45,790 nt of DNA from an uncultured Verrucomicrobiota bacterium (GTDB lineage Bacteria; Verrucomicrobiota; Kiritimatiellia; CAIVKH01). Below are positions 8,742 to 16,936 of this stretch, one piece after another. The stretch lies in the NCBI GenBank assembly GCA_964441655.1, contig CAYTVN010000002.1, forward strand, positions 1 to 45,790, written 5' to 3'. How positions within the stretch are numbered: position 1 is the first letter of the stretch; the number at the start of each line of letters is the position of its first letter. The position numbers were made by a program, and so were the translations under genes. Below the pieces are notes generated by a model that was not told where the DNA came from, did no database searches, and saw only the letters and a list, made by a program, of their open reading frames with translations.

Positions 8742-10115
8742 AGTATGCGAATTGTCCTGGCTACCCTGGAATATCCGACCGAACCCTATCGGGCCGGCGG
8801 CATGTGCTGGGCTTTTGGCAAAATAGCCAGCGGACTGAAGGCGCAGGGACATGATGTCGCCGTGGTGGTGCCCGCGGAAAAAGCAGGCCTCGTTATCGAT
8901 GCGGCCGGGGTGCCGGTGCACCGATATGAAATTAAATCGCACCTGCCCGCCCGTCTTGAGGCCGCACTCTCGTGGCGTCTCCCCCTCGGAGTGGTGCACT
9001 ATAACCATGCCTGGTCGTTGTATGGGGCTTTGGATGAGGTGGACCGCGAAGGGTCGATTGATCTGGTGTTGGCGGTGGCTTCGCCGGAATCGTTTATCGC
9101 GGCGGGTTCTCGCCGGTGGCGATATGTGTGCCGCGTTTCTGCCTACCGCCTGTTCTGGGTCATCAGCAACTTTTTCCCCGTGACGAACGGTTATTTGTTT
9201 GAAGATTGGATGATGGTCCGGGCTTGTGCATGGGCGGACGCCCGTTATGCGCCTTCCGCGATTCTGGCCAACGTGTTTCAGCGGGTTGGCTGTGGGGATA
9301 CGGCGGTGATTCATACGCCCATGACCAAGGTCGCGCTGGCCACGCTCACCCCCGATGTACGCGAGCGAATGCCTGGTCGATTTGTGCTGTTTTACGGAAG
9401 TCTGCAGGGGACCAAAGGCGCCCATCTGCTGGCCGATGCCATGCCCGCCCTGTTGGGTGCCCATCCGGATCTCCATGTGGTTTTTATTGGCCGAGACCTT
9501 ACATCGCCCGGATTTGGCAGCATGCGCGCCTATATCGAACGGGCGTTGGCGGCGTTTCCAGACCGAACGCATGTGCCGGGCGTACTCGAACAGGCCGAGG
9601 CTCTACAGTATGTGGCGCGGGCGGAGTGGGTGGTATTTCCCTCGGTGATGGATAACCTGCCCAATGCTCTGCTGGAAGCCATGTATCTGGGCCGGCCTAT
9701 TGTGGTGACTCGCAACTCGGGCACCGATGAACTGGTGACGGATGGTCGGAATGGTCTGGTCGTGGACTCCAACGATATGGTCGCCCTGCGCGAAGGTCTT
9801 CGGAGAGCCCTGGCCATGAACCGGGAGCAGCGGGAAAGCATGGGGGAATGTGCGCGGGAAACCGTGACGCGCGAGTGTGATCCCGAAAAAGCCGCCCGCG
9901 CGTTGGAAGACTTGTTGGGGAAGGTGGCCTCTGCACCTATCGGTTGGCGGGCTTCCTGGTTGGCCATGGTTTTGCGCCTCGGGTGGCTGCGCTTGTTGTG
10001 GTTGTGGCGCGTCATCCGCATGTGCAGGTGGGGCGCATCCCGACGCGCTCTCGGTCGATTGCAGAGTCTGTGCCTGGACTATCTTCCGGGCGTAAAATTC
10101 GAATTCAAACCCTAG
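8736..10115 (+). CDS. glycosyltransferase family 4 with a Trp/Arg/Leu-rich C-terminal extension
   Basis: 'MRIVLATLEYP..AGGMCWAFGKIASGLKAQGHDVAVV' and 'FPSVMDNLPNALLEAMYLGRPIVVTRNSGTDELVTDGRNGLVV'. It is a paralogue of 3097..4350. Confidence 0.9.
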   Translation: MSSMRIVLATLEYPTEPYRAGGMCWAFGKIASGLKAQGHDVAVVVPAEKAGLVIDAAGVPVHRYEIKSHLPARLEAALSWRLPLGVVHYNHAWSLYGALDEVDREGSIDLVLAVASPESFIAAGSRRWRYVCRVSAYRLFWVISNFFPVTNGYLFEDWMMVRACAWADARYAPSAILANVFQRVGCGDTAVIHTPMTKVALATLTPDVRERMPGRFVLFYGSLQGTKGAHLLADAMPALLGAHPDLHVVFIGRDLTSPGFGSMRAYIERALAAFPDRTHVPGVLEQAEALQYVARAEWVVFPSVMDNLPNALLEAMYLGRPIVVTRNSGTDELVTDGRNGLVVDSNDMVALREGLRRALAMNREQRESMGECARETVTRECDPEKAARALEDLLGKVASAPIGWRASWLAMVLRLGWLRLLWLWRVIRMCRWGASRRALGRLQSLCLDYLPGVKFEFKP

Positions 10116-10128
10116 CTCTGGCCCCGCA

Positions 10129-11202
10129 TTGAGTACGTCTTCTTCGTCAACACCGGCCGTGACGGTCTTGTTGTCCAGCCATAATGGCGAGAAGTATCTG
10201 CGCCAGGCGCTGGACAGCATGGCGGGGCAGACGTTTTCCGATTGGGAATGGATTCTGGTGGATAACGCCTCGAACGACGGTACCGCCGCGATCATGGACT
10301 CCTATGCCGCGACATTCCCAGGGCGCGTGCAGGTGCTCAGAAATGACAGGAAATTGGACTTGGCCGATTCGCTGAATGTCGGGCTCCGGCGTGCCCGCGG
10401 TCGATATGTCGCGCGTATGGACGATGATGACCTGTCCCAGCCGGACCGGTTGGCGGCGCAGGTTTCAGCCATGGACCAGGATCCGGAGTTAATGTTGGTC
10501 GGAACCCTTGCGCGCCGCCTGCACGAGGACTCTGGAGTCATGGAAGATTATGGGTCGATGCTTGATCCGGCACGGTTGAAAATAGCGTTATGCTGGTTTA
10601 ATCCATTTATTCACACCTCGATCATGATGAGGAGAGTGGCTCACGATGGCCGTTGTGTTTCCTATCCCACTGCATACTCCTATGCTGAAGATTATGGCAT
10701 GTGGGCGGAGCTGGCCCGGTTGGGACGAATACGCATTCTGCCGCAGCGACTGATCACCTACCGAAAGCGGGGGGGCGGAATGACCGGCACAGGCCGAGCC
10801 TTGCAGCTGGAGTCCACCCAAAAGGTCAGCGCCTGGTATAGCAAGGTGTTTACGGCGGGTTCTTCGTGGACCGATGCTACACCGGAGGCGATGCGAGAAG
10901 CTTTGGAGGAACCCTCCATGCCGACGGCGTTGCGAATTGCCCACGTCCGTGAAGCATTCCGCGCGGCTGGACGTACGCCGGGGACCACGCATGCGGAACA
11001 GCAGGCGGCATTTCGTGACTGGGCTGAGGCTTTTCTGGACCAACTGGCATGGTCGCAGCTGTTGAGGGTGGAGGCGATTCGCTTGGCGTGTGCGTGCGGG
11101 GGTGCGGCCGGTCTCTATGTACTCCGGCGGGCTGCCCGAAGGATGGGGGTTCGTAGTGTCGCATCCGGGAGACGACCCTTTGCTGAGGAGGGAAGACCAT
11201 GA
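10129..11202 (+). CDS. glycosyltransferase family 2
   Basis: TTG start. 'VTVLLSSHNGEKYLRQALDSMAGQTFSDWEWILVDNASNDGT' and 'ARMDDDD' (DxD). Confidence 0.85.
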   Translation: MSTSSSSTPAVTVLLSSHNGEKYLRQALDSMAGQTFSDWEWILVDNASNDGTAAIMDSYAATFPGRVQVLRNDRKLDLADSLNVGLRRARGRYVARMDDDDLSQPDRLAAQVSAMDQDPELMLVGTLARRLHEDSGVMEDYGSMLDPARLKIALCWFNPFIHTSIMMRRVAHDGRCVSYPTAYSYAEDYGMWAELARLGRIRILPQRLITYRKRGGGMTGTGRALQLESTQKVSAWYSKVFTAGSSWTDATPEAMREALEEPSMPTALRIAHVREAFRAAGRTPGTTHAEQQAAFRDWAEAFLDQLAWSQLLRVEAIRLACACGGAAGLYVLRRAARRMGVRSVASGRRPFAEEGRP

Positions 11203-12323
11203 ACAAGTCTCTCCCTGCCCAGATGCTTCGTCCCAGGGCCCTTATCCTTCGCTGGGCCAGTGGATGCGCGATGGCCCTGGCCCTGGTGGTGTGGGTGGGC
11301 GGGTACTTCCTGGACAGTTACCCCTCAGCCGTGTGGTCAGAGGCGGTGTCACGCCGAGTGCCGCCGGAGGGAGGAGTTATTCAGTGGCGACGCGAAGGCT
11401 GGGCGACCACCCGCTTCTGGAAATACGGCATCAGCGGGGTGGATGAGCGGTGTATGTCAGCGAAGGCGCGCGTGCTGATCTGGGGCGATTCCTATGTGGA
11501 GGCGCTCCAGGTGAATGACGGAGACAAGGCGGCGCAACAGGCCACGCATTTGTGGAGCGAACAGGGTCGGTCGGATCTGGTGGCATTAGGGGTGGGAGTG
11601 TCGGGAGCGTCGGCGGCCGATTATTACTTTGGTTTTGATTTGTATGAAAAACTGCTGGCCCCCGTTCCGGTGCATGTCGTCCTGGTATCTCAACTTGAGG
11701 ATTTTTATCCCGACGAAAACTCCCACGAACTGGCCCGGTTTGTATCCGAGCCGGACATGCACTTCGTACCTTTTGCCCGCCCGCCGACCTCGTCGTATGA
11801 GCAGACCATCAACTGGTATCACCGGTACCGGTTACAGGCCTACAAGCAGTTGAAGGATGCGGTGGTCGGCGGTAATGGGAAGCAACCCTTTTGGCGGCGC
11901 GCACAGTGGCGGATGGGCCCGCGGAAGCCGTCGCTCAAAGCTGGCGGGGAAACCCGGATATCACTGGCTACGCCCGAACAAATTGATGCCGCATTCGATT
12001 TTGTGTTCACCAAGTTTCGCGAGAAAACCAGCCGCCCTATCTTATTTGTCTATTGCCCGGCCATTCCACGCATCGCCCAAGGCGAAATCCTTCGGGTGGA
12101 TGAAGAACGTGACTTGGCGCTTCGATTCAAATCTGCCTGTGAGCGGCATGGGTTCGGCTTTTTCGACATGGGTCCAACGTTTCTTGAATCGTATGACCGG
12201 ACGGGCCGGTTCCCGCGTGGTTTCGCCAGTACGCGGCCGGGGCGGGCACATTTTAATCCGCTTGGGCACCGCCTGGTGGCGGAAGCCATCGTGCGGGAAA
12301 CCGCTCCTTTTGTAGCGCCATGA
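11199..12323 (+). CDS. membrane-anchored SGNH-like protein, putative partner of MBOAT copy 2
   Basis: ATGA overlaps at both ends. N-terminal TM helix. 'VLIWGDSYVEALQ' resembles a GDS block and the C-terminal 'AHFNPLGHRLVAEAI' resembles SGNH block V, although the Asp is not evident. Confidence 0.7.
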   Translation: MNKSLPAQMLRPRALILRWASGCAMALALVVWVGGYFLDSYPSAVWSEAVSRRVPPEGGVIQWRREGWATTRFWKYGISGVDERCMSAKARVLIWGDSYVEALQVNDGDKAAQQATHLWSEQGRSDLVALGVGVSGASAADYYFGFDLYEKLLAPVPVHVVLVSQLEDFYPDENSHELARFVSEPDMHFVPFARPPTSSYEQTINWYHRYRLQAYKQLKDAVVGGNGKQPFWRRAQWRMGPRKPSLKAGGETRISLATPEQIDAAFDFVFTKFREKTSRPILFVYCPAIPRIAQGEILRVDEERDLALRFKSACERHGFGFFDMGPTFLESYDRTGRFPRGFASTRPGRAHFNPLGHRLVAEAIVRETAPFVAP

Positions 12324-13717
12324 TATTCAATCAGATTGAATTTGTGCTGTTGATGGTCGGGGTCTTGCTGTTTCACGCCCTGGTGCGGAATCAGGTGGCC
12401 CGTAGGCGGTTCTTGCTTCTGACCAGTTATTATTTCTACGGGTACTGGGATTGGCGATTCCTTGGTTTGATGACCAGCACTATCACCGTGGATTACCTGG
12501 TCGCCCGGGCGATCCATGCACAGTCCGACCCCGGTATTCGAAAGCGACTGCTGTTGGTCAGCCTGGTCGTCAATCTGGGCGTTCTGGGCTTCTTCAAGTA
12601 CTTCAATTTCTTCATCGCCTCAGCCACCCCGTTGCTGCAGGCGCTGGGACTTCACCCGCATACGCTGAATTTGATTCTGCCCGTGGGTATCTCCTTCTTC
12701 ACCTTTCAATCTCTGAGCTACACCATTGACGTATACCGGCGACACATCACGCCCTGCCGTCACTACTTGGATTATGCCCTCTACGTCTCGTTTTTCCCCC
12801 AACTGGTGGCCGGACCCATTGTCCGGGCATCGGAGTTTCTGCCGCAGTTGGAGCGCCCTTCTGCCATCACCTGGACCCGAGCCTTTGAAGGATTTCGTCA
12901 GTTTGTGTTCGGATTCTTCAAGAAGGTGTTCATCGCGGACCGGATCGCCCCCTTCATTGACAATTGCTTTGACCACGCCGGGGTAATGTCGGGTACGACC
13001 TTGTGGCTGGCCGTCGTGGCCTACGCGATGCAGATCTACTGCGACTTTTCCGGCTATTCGGACATGGCCATCGGGTGCGCGCGCATGTTGGGTTACGACT
13101 TTTCCCGCAACTTCAACCTTCCTTACCTTGCGACCAACATTACGGAGTTCTGGCGGCGCTGGCATATCTCGCTGTCGAGCTGGTTGCGCGATTACCTCTA
13201 TATTCCGCTGGGCGGCAACCGCCGGGGGCGCGGACGCACGTATATAAACCTCATGTTGACCATGATCCTCGGTGGCCTGTGGCACGGTGCATCATGGTCG
13301 TTTATCTGGTGGGGCACGTTGCATGGGGTAGGCCTGGCCAGTCATAAATTGTATATGGAATTCCGCGGTACACGCACCCCCGCCAGGCTCCCGGGCGTCC
13401 TGCTGTCGTGGTTGGCCACCATGACCCTTGTTCTGGTGGCCTGGGTGTTTTTCCGCGCTAATAATATGGATAAGGCGTTGGGCATCCTGACCAGCATGTT
13501 TACGCTGGCCGATGGCGTGGCGTGGGCGCACCCGTTTGTTCTACTGGCGCTCAGCTTGCTGGCCCTGCAACATCTTGCCGCCTGCTGGGGGTGGCGAGGT
13601 GAGACCGCCTTGACGGCAGATCGCTGGTATACGCCGGTCATCCTCTTCTTCCTGCTGGGCCTGGCCATCCTGTTTTATCCAAAAGGCTTCGCCCCCTTTG
13701 TTTATTTTCAATTCTAG
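12320..13717 (+). CDS. MBOAT-family membrane O-acyltransferase, copy 2
   Basis: 'FFTFQSLSYTIDVYRR', 'FPQLVAGPIVRA', 'DFSGYSDMAIG', 'FWRRWHISLSSWLRDYLYIPLGGNR', 'GLWHGASW'. Ends ...YFQF then TAG. Confidence 0.95.
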   Translation: MIFNQIEFVLLMVGVLLFHALVRNQVARRRFLLLTSYYFYGYWDWRFLGLMTSTITVDYLVARAIHAQSDPGIRKRLLLVSLVVNLGVLGFFKYFNFFIASATPLLQALGLHPHTLNLILPVGISFFTFQSLSYTIDVYRRHITPCRHYLDYALYVSFFPQLVAGPIVRASEFLPQLERPSAITWTRAFEGFRQFVFGFFKKVFIADRIAPFIDNCFDHAGVMSGTTLWLAVVAYAMQIYCDFSGYSDMAIGCARMLGYDFSRNFNLPYLATNITEFWRRWHISLSSWLRDYLYIPLGGNRRGRGRTYINLMLTMILGGLWHGASWSFIWWGTLHGVGLASHKLYMEFRGTRTPARLPGVLLSWLATMTLVLVAWVFFRANNMDKALGILTSMFTLADGVAWAHPFVLLALSLLALQHLAACWGWRGETALTADRWYTPVILFFLLGLAILFYPKGFAPFVYFQF

Positions 13718-13813
13718 CCTGCGCCACCAAGGAACAGCCTGAACGCTTTTTCTACCACGTTTATCTTCCCCATTGGGGAAACGCTGGGCGGAGCCAACAT
13801 CTGGTCGGCCCGT

Positions 13814-14962
13814 ATGTGTGGCCACCTGGCTTCGATCGGTCACCCGGTGGCCGCCGTAGTGCATGCCAACCCGGGTTGGCATCCGGACGCCCGGCTGCCC
13901 ATGCCGGACTCCATTCGACGCCTGTCTTGCGGCGGCCCGCCGGTGACGGAAGCCAAGCGGTCAGACCTGGCGGCGTTTGCCGAGGTGTACGGGAAAACCC
14001 TGCCCGCCATCGTGGTGCCCAACTGGAATGACGTTTCGTATGCGGTGTGTGCTGCTTTATCCCAAACCCGCGCGGACGATATCCGGGTGCTGGGCGTCGC
14101 GCACGGGAACAACGAAAGCTATTATGGGACGTTGACCCGCTACGAACCCATCATTCATGCGTTTATCGGGGTCAGCGATGAAATCGCCGCCGAGTTAATG
14201 AGGCGACTCCCGGATCGGAAGGCCGATATCTATACGCGCGCCTGTCCGGTTGATGTACCCGAGGTGCTGGACCGCGCGGTGACAGACCGTGACCAACCCT
14301 TGACCATTACCTATGTCGGACGGCTGACCAATCACGAGAAAAAGGTGTCGAATCTCGCGCCGTTGATGGCGGAGTTGAGTCGGCTGGGGGTGGATTACCG
14401 GTTTCGAATTATCGGCGAGGGCGGCTACCGGGCCACCTTGATGCACGAGATTTCGTGTCTGCCGCCCGAAGCGCAGGCCCGGGTGACCGTGGAAGGTGCC
14501 TTGGCCCCGGACCAGATCGCGAAGGTGTGGCAGGCCACCGATGTGTGTGTGCTGGTGTCGGATTCCGAGGGAACTTCGATCTCCATGCTGGAAGCCATGT
14601 CCGCCGGTTGCGTGCCCGTGGTCACGCGGGTCAGTGGTGTGGCGGCCGTTATTGAAGAGGGCGTTAATGGTTTCGTGGTGGATCGCGGTGACATGCCGGC
14701 TATGGCGCGAGTCATCGCCAATTTGGCACGTGATCGGAGTCGGCTTTCCACCGTGGGACGGACCGCGCATGCCCGGGTTTTGGCGGATTATTCTTACGAA
14801 CACTATGTACCTTGGTTTATGGAACTGTCCCGGCGGTTGGCCCAGGCCTCCGCGCGGCGTTGGCCGGCGGATCAGCCCTTGTTGCCACCGGGGCCCGGCT
14901 TCGCAAAGATGGCGTGGAATCGGGCGAAAAATATGCTGCACTACCTGTTGAACCGGGGTTAA
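13814..14962 (+). CDS. glycosyltransferase family 4; the true start is probably upstream, with a candidate CTG at 13739
   Basis: C-terminal GT-B motifs 'VLVSDSEGTSISMLEAMSAGCVPVVTRVSGVAAVIEEGVNGFVV'. The expected N-terminal Rossmann strand and Gly-loop (TTFIFPIGETLGGANIW) are encoded in frame upstream of the first ATG, at 13751..13804. Confidence 0.85.
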   Translation: MCGHLASIGHPVAAVVHANPGWHPDARLPMPDSIRRLSCGGPPVTEAKRSDLAAFAEVYGKTLPAIVVPNWNDVSYAVCAALSQTRADDIRVLGVAHGNNESYYGTLTRYEPIIHAFIGVSDEIAAELMRRLPDRKADIYTRACPVDVPEVLDRAVTDRDQPLTITYVGRLTNHEKKVSNLAPLMAELSRLGVDYRFRIIGEGGYRATLMHEISCLPPEAQARVTVEGALAPDQIAKVWQATDVCVLVSDSEGTSISMLEAMSAGCVPVVTRVSGVAAVIEEGVNGFVVDRGDMPAMARVIANLARDRSRLSTVGRTAHARVLADYSYEHYVPWFMELSRRLAQASARRWPADQPLLPPGPGFAKMAWNRAKNMLHYLLNRG

Positions 14963-15019
14963 GCGGCATCTTCATTTCGGATGGTTGTCGTGGCGTAGTC
15001 CGGACGAAGTAAGAACATT

Positions 15020-16192
15020 ATGAGCGATCAAACTGGCGGCATAGAACTCAGCATCGTGATCCCCTGTCTCAATGAGGCAGATACCCTTGGCACCTGTCTC
15101 AAAAAATGTCAGACGGTGATTGCCCATCATGGATTGGCCGCCGAGGTAATTGTCGCTGACAACGGGAGCACGGATGCCTCCCTGGAAATCGCCCGCTCCT
15201 TCGGGGCCCGGGTGGTGCCGGTCAGCAAAAAGGGATATGGCAGCGCCTTGATGGGCGGCATTGAGCAGGCACGTGGCCGCTTTATTCTGATGGCGGATGC
15301 CGATGACAGTTATGACTTCCTGGAAACCTTCAAATTCCTGGAGAAAATTCGCGAGGGCTACGATCTGGTGCAGGGCTGCCGTCTCCCGTGGGGCGGGGGG
15401 ACCGTCAACCCGGGGGCCATGCCGTGGTCCCACCGGTGGATTGGCAACCCGATGTTTTCCATCTTTTGTCGCACCTGGTTCGGCGCTCCCATCCACGACG
15501 TGTATTGTGGCATGCGCATCTTCAGCAAGACGTTCTACCAGTCGCTCGACCAGCAATGCACGGGCATGGAATTCGCGACGGAAATGATCATCAAGGCCAG
15601 TTTATTCAAGGCGCGGATCGCGGAGGTGCCCATTACGCTGCACAAGGACGGGCGCATTGCTCATCCCCCGCACTTGAAAACCATCCGGGACGGCTGGCGC
15701 ACCCTGCGCTTCTTCCTGCTGTACAGTCCGCGCTGGCTGTTCCTGATCCCGGGCGCCCTGCTCATTCTGCTGGGCCTGCTGGCCTATGCTTTGGCCCTGC
15801 CGGGAGTCGTGATTAACGGCATTACCTTTGATTTGCACACCCTTTTGTATGGCAGCGTGATGATGGTGTGTGGCTACCAGTCGATACTATTTGCGGTTAT
15901 GACAAAGACGTTTGCCATGAACGAGCGGTTGATGCCGGAGGATCCCCGGTTGCTCAAGTTCTTCAAGGTGTTTTACCTGGAGCGGGGAGTAACCCTGGGC
16001 GCCCTCGCATTTCTGGTGGGCCTTGGAGTGCTGTTCTGGTCGCTCAACGTGTGGCGATTAACCGGTTTCGGCCCCCTCGATTATGCCTACTCCATGCGGC
16101 GGGCTATTCCGTCCGCGTTGCTGATCATCCTTGGCTTCCAGACCGTGATGTTCAGTTTCTTTGTAAGCATCCTGGGCCTGGCGAAACGATGA
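15020..16192 (+). CDS. GT2 polyprenyl-phosphate glycosyltransferase (DPM1/GtrB/ArnC-like) with four C-terminal TM helices
   Basis: 'LSIVIPCLNEADTLGTCL', 'VADNGSTDASLEIA', 'GYGSALMGG', 'ILMADADDSYDF'. The C-terminal ~170 aa contain four hydrophobic helices. Confidence 0.9.
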   Translation: MSDQTGGIELSIVIPCLNEADTLGTCLKKCQTVIAHHGLAAEVIVADNGSTDASLEIARSFGARVVPVSKKGYGSALMGGIEQARGRFILMADADDSYDFLETFKFLEKIREGYDLVQGCRLPWGGGTVNPGAMPWSHRWIGNPMFSIFCRTWFGAPIHDVYCGMRIFSKTFYQSLDQQCTGMEFATEMIIKASLFKARIAEVPITLHKDGRIAHPPHLKTIRDGWRTLRFFLLYSPRWLFLIPGALLILLGLLAYALALPGVVINGITFDLHTLLYGSVMMVCGYQSILFAVMTKTFAMNERLMPEDPRLLKFFKVFYLERGVTLGALAFLVGLGVLFWSLNVWRLTGFGPLDYAYSMRRAIPSALLIILGFQTVMFSFFVSILGLAKR

Positions 16193-16914
16193 TGAATACG
16201 GATCCCAACCAGACATTTGACGCCTACTCGTCGAACTACGACGAAGCCTTGCAGCGCGGGGTTTCTCTCTCCGGAGAGGCCAAGGAGTACTTTGCGCTCC
16301 ACCGGATCCAGTGGTTGCGCCAAGTGCTGCCGCGGTCCCCGGACGGATTTCGTGTGCTCGATTTCGGCTGCGGTACCGGCACCTCCGGTCCCTATCTCCT
16401 GGACCATCTGGGGGCCCGCGAGGTGGTAGGGGTGGATGTCTCCGCGGGCTCCATTGACATGGCTCGCCAGTTGCATCATCGGCCCGGTCTCCGGTTTACC
16501 ACGCAGGCGGAACTGGATCCCGCAGAGCGATTTGACCTGGTGTTCTGTAACGGCGTATTTCATCACATTCCGCTGGCCGAGCGCGCCGGCGCGGCCCGTT
16601 TTGTAGCGAACTGTCTCAAGCCGGGCGGCTTCTTTGCCTTTTGGGAGAACAACCCATGGAATCCCGGTACGCATTGGGTTATGGCCCGGATTCCTTTTGA
16701 TCGCGATGCCATCAAGCTGTTCCCCCGCGAGGCCGTTCGCTTGGTTCGGCACTCGGGGCTCGAGCGGATATCGGTCACCTTTGCCTTTATCTTTCCGAAG
16801 ATTTTGTCCGCGCTGCGTTGTCTCGAACCCGCTCTGTCCCGCCTCCCGCTGGGTGCCCAATATCAGGTGCTGGCCCGTAAACCGGATGGCCATGCAGTAT
16901 CCAGGCAGAGCTAA
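16189..16914 (+). CDS. class I SAM-dependent methyltransferase
   Basis: Start reassigned to ATGATGA at 16189, overlapping the GT2 stop. The ORF-track start at 15868 overlaps GT2. Motif I 'VLDFGCGTGTSG'; 'FDLVFCNGVFHHI'; 'LKPGGFFAFWE'. Confidence 0.85.
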   Translation: MMNTDPNQTFDAYSSNYDEALQRGVSLSGEAKEYFALHRIQWLRQVLPRSPDGFRVLDFGCGTGTSGPYLLDHLGAREVVGVDVSAGSIDMARQLHHRPGLRFTTQAELDPAERFDLVFCNGVFHHIPLAERAGAARFVANCLKPGGFFAFWENNPWNPGTHWVMARIPFDRDAIKLFPREAVRLVRHSGLERISVTFAFIFPKILSALRCLEPALSRLPLGAQYQVLARKPDGHAVSRQS

Positions 16915-16936
16915 TCCAGTTTTCTAACGAATCACG

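Noticed and set aside
8334-9572. Long antisense ORFs opposite well-supported genes: 8334..9572(-), 5652..6506(-), 21306..22649(-), 41256..42578(-), 44435..45430(-), 39914..40951(+), and many 60-230-aa ORFs in the track.
   Set aside because: - Each lies entirely within, and antisense or out of frame to, a gene with clear family motifs.
- Their translations are Arg/Gly/Pro/His-rich low-complexity strings with no recognisable motifs. This is typical of shadow ORFs in ~60% GC DNA.
13715-13814. TAG read-through fusing MBOAT-2 to the downstream GT4, which is in the same reading frame.
   Set aside because: - All three MBOAT paralogues end naturally at ...YFQF.
- TAG is used as an ordinary terminator by other genes in the window (for example at 10115, 27604 and 38086).
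- A non-canonical CTG start is the simpler explanation.
14968-15012. Candidate terminator hairpin (CTTC-AT-TTCGGA ... TCCGGA-C-GAAG) in the 57-nt spacer after GT4 13814..14962.
   Set aside because: The stem is short and bulged, the loop is about 17 nt, and there is no downstream T-tract. It is not convincing as an intrinsic terminator.
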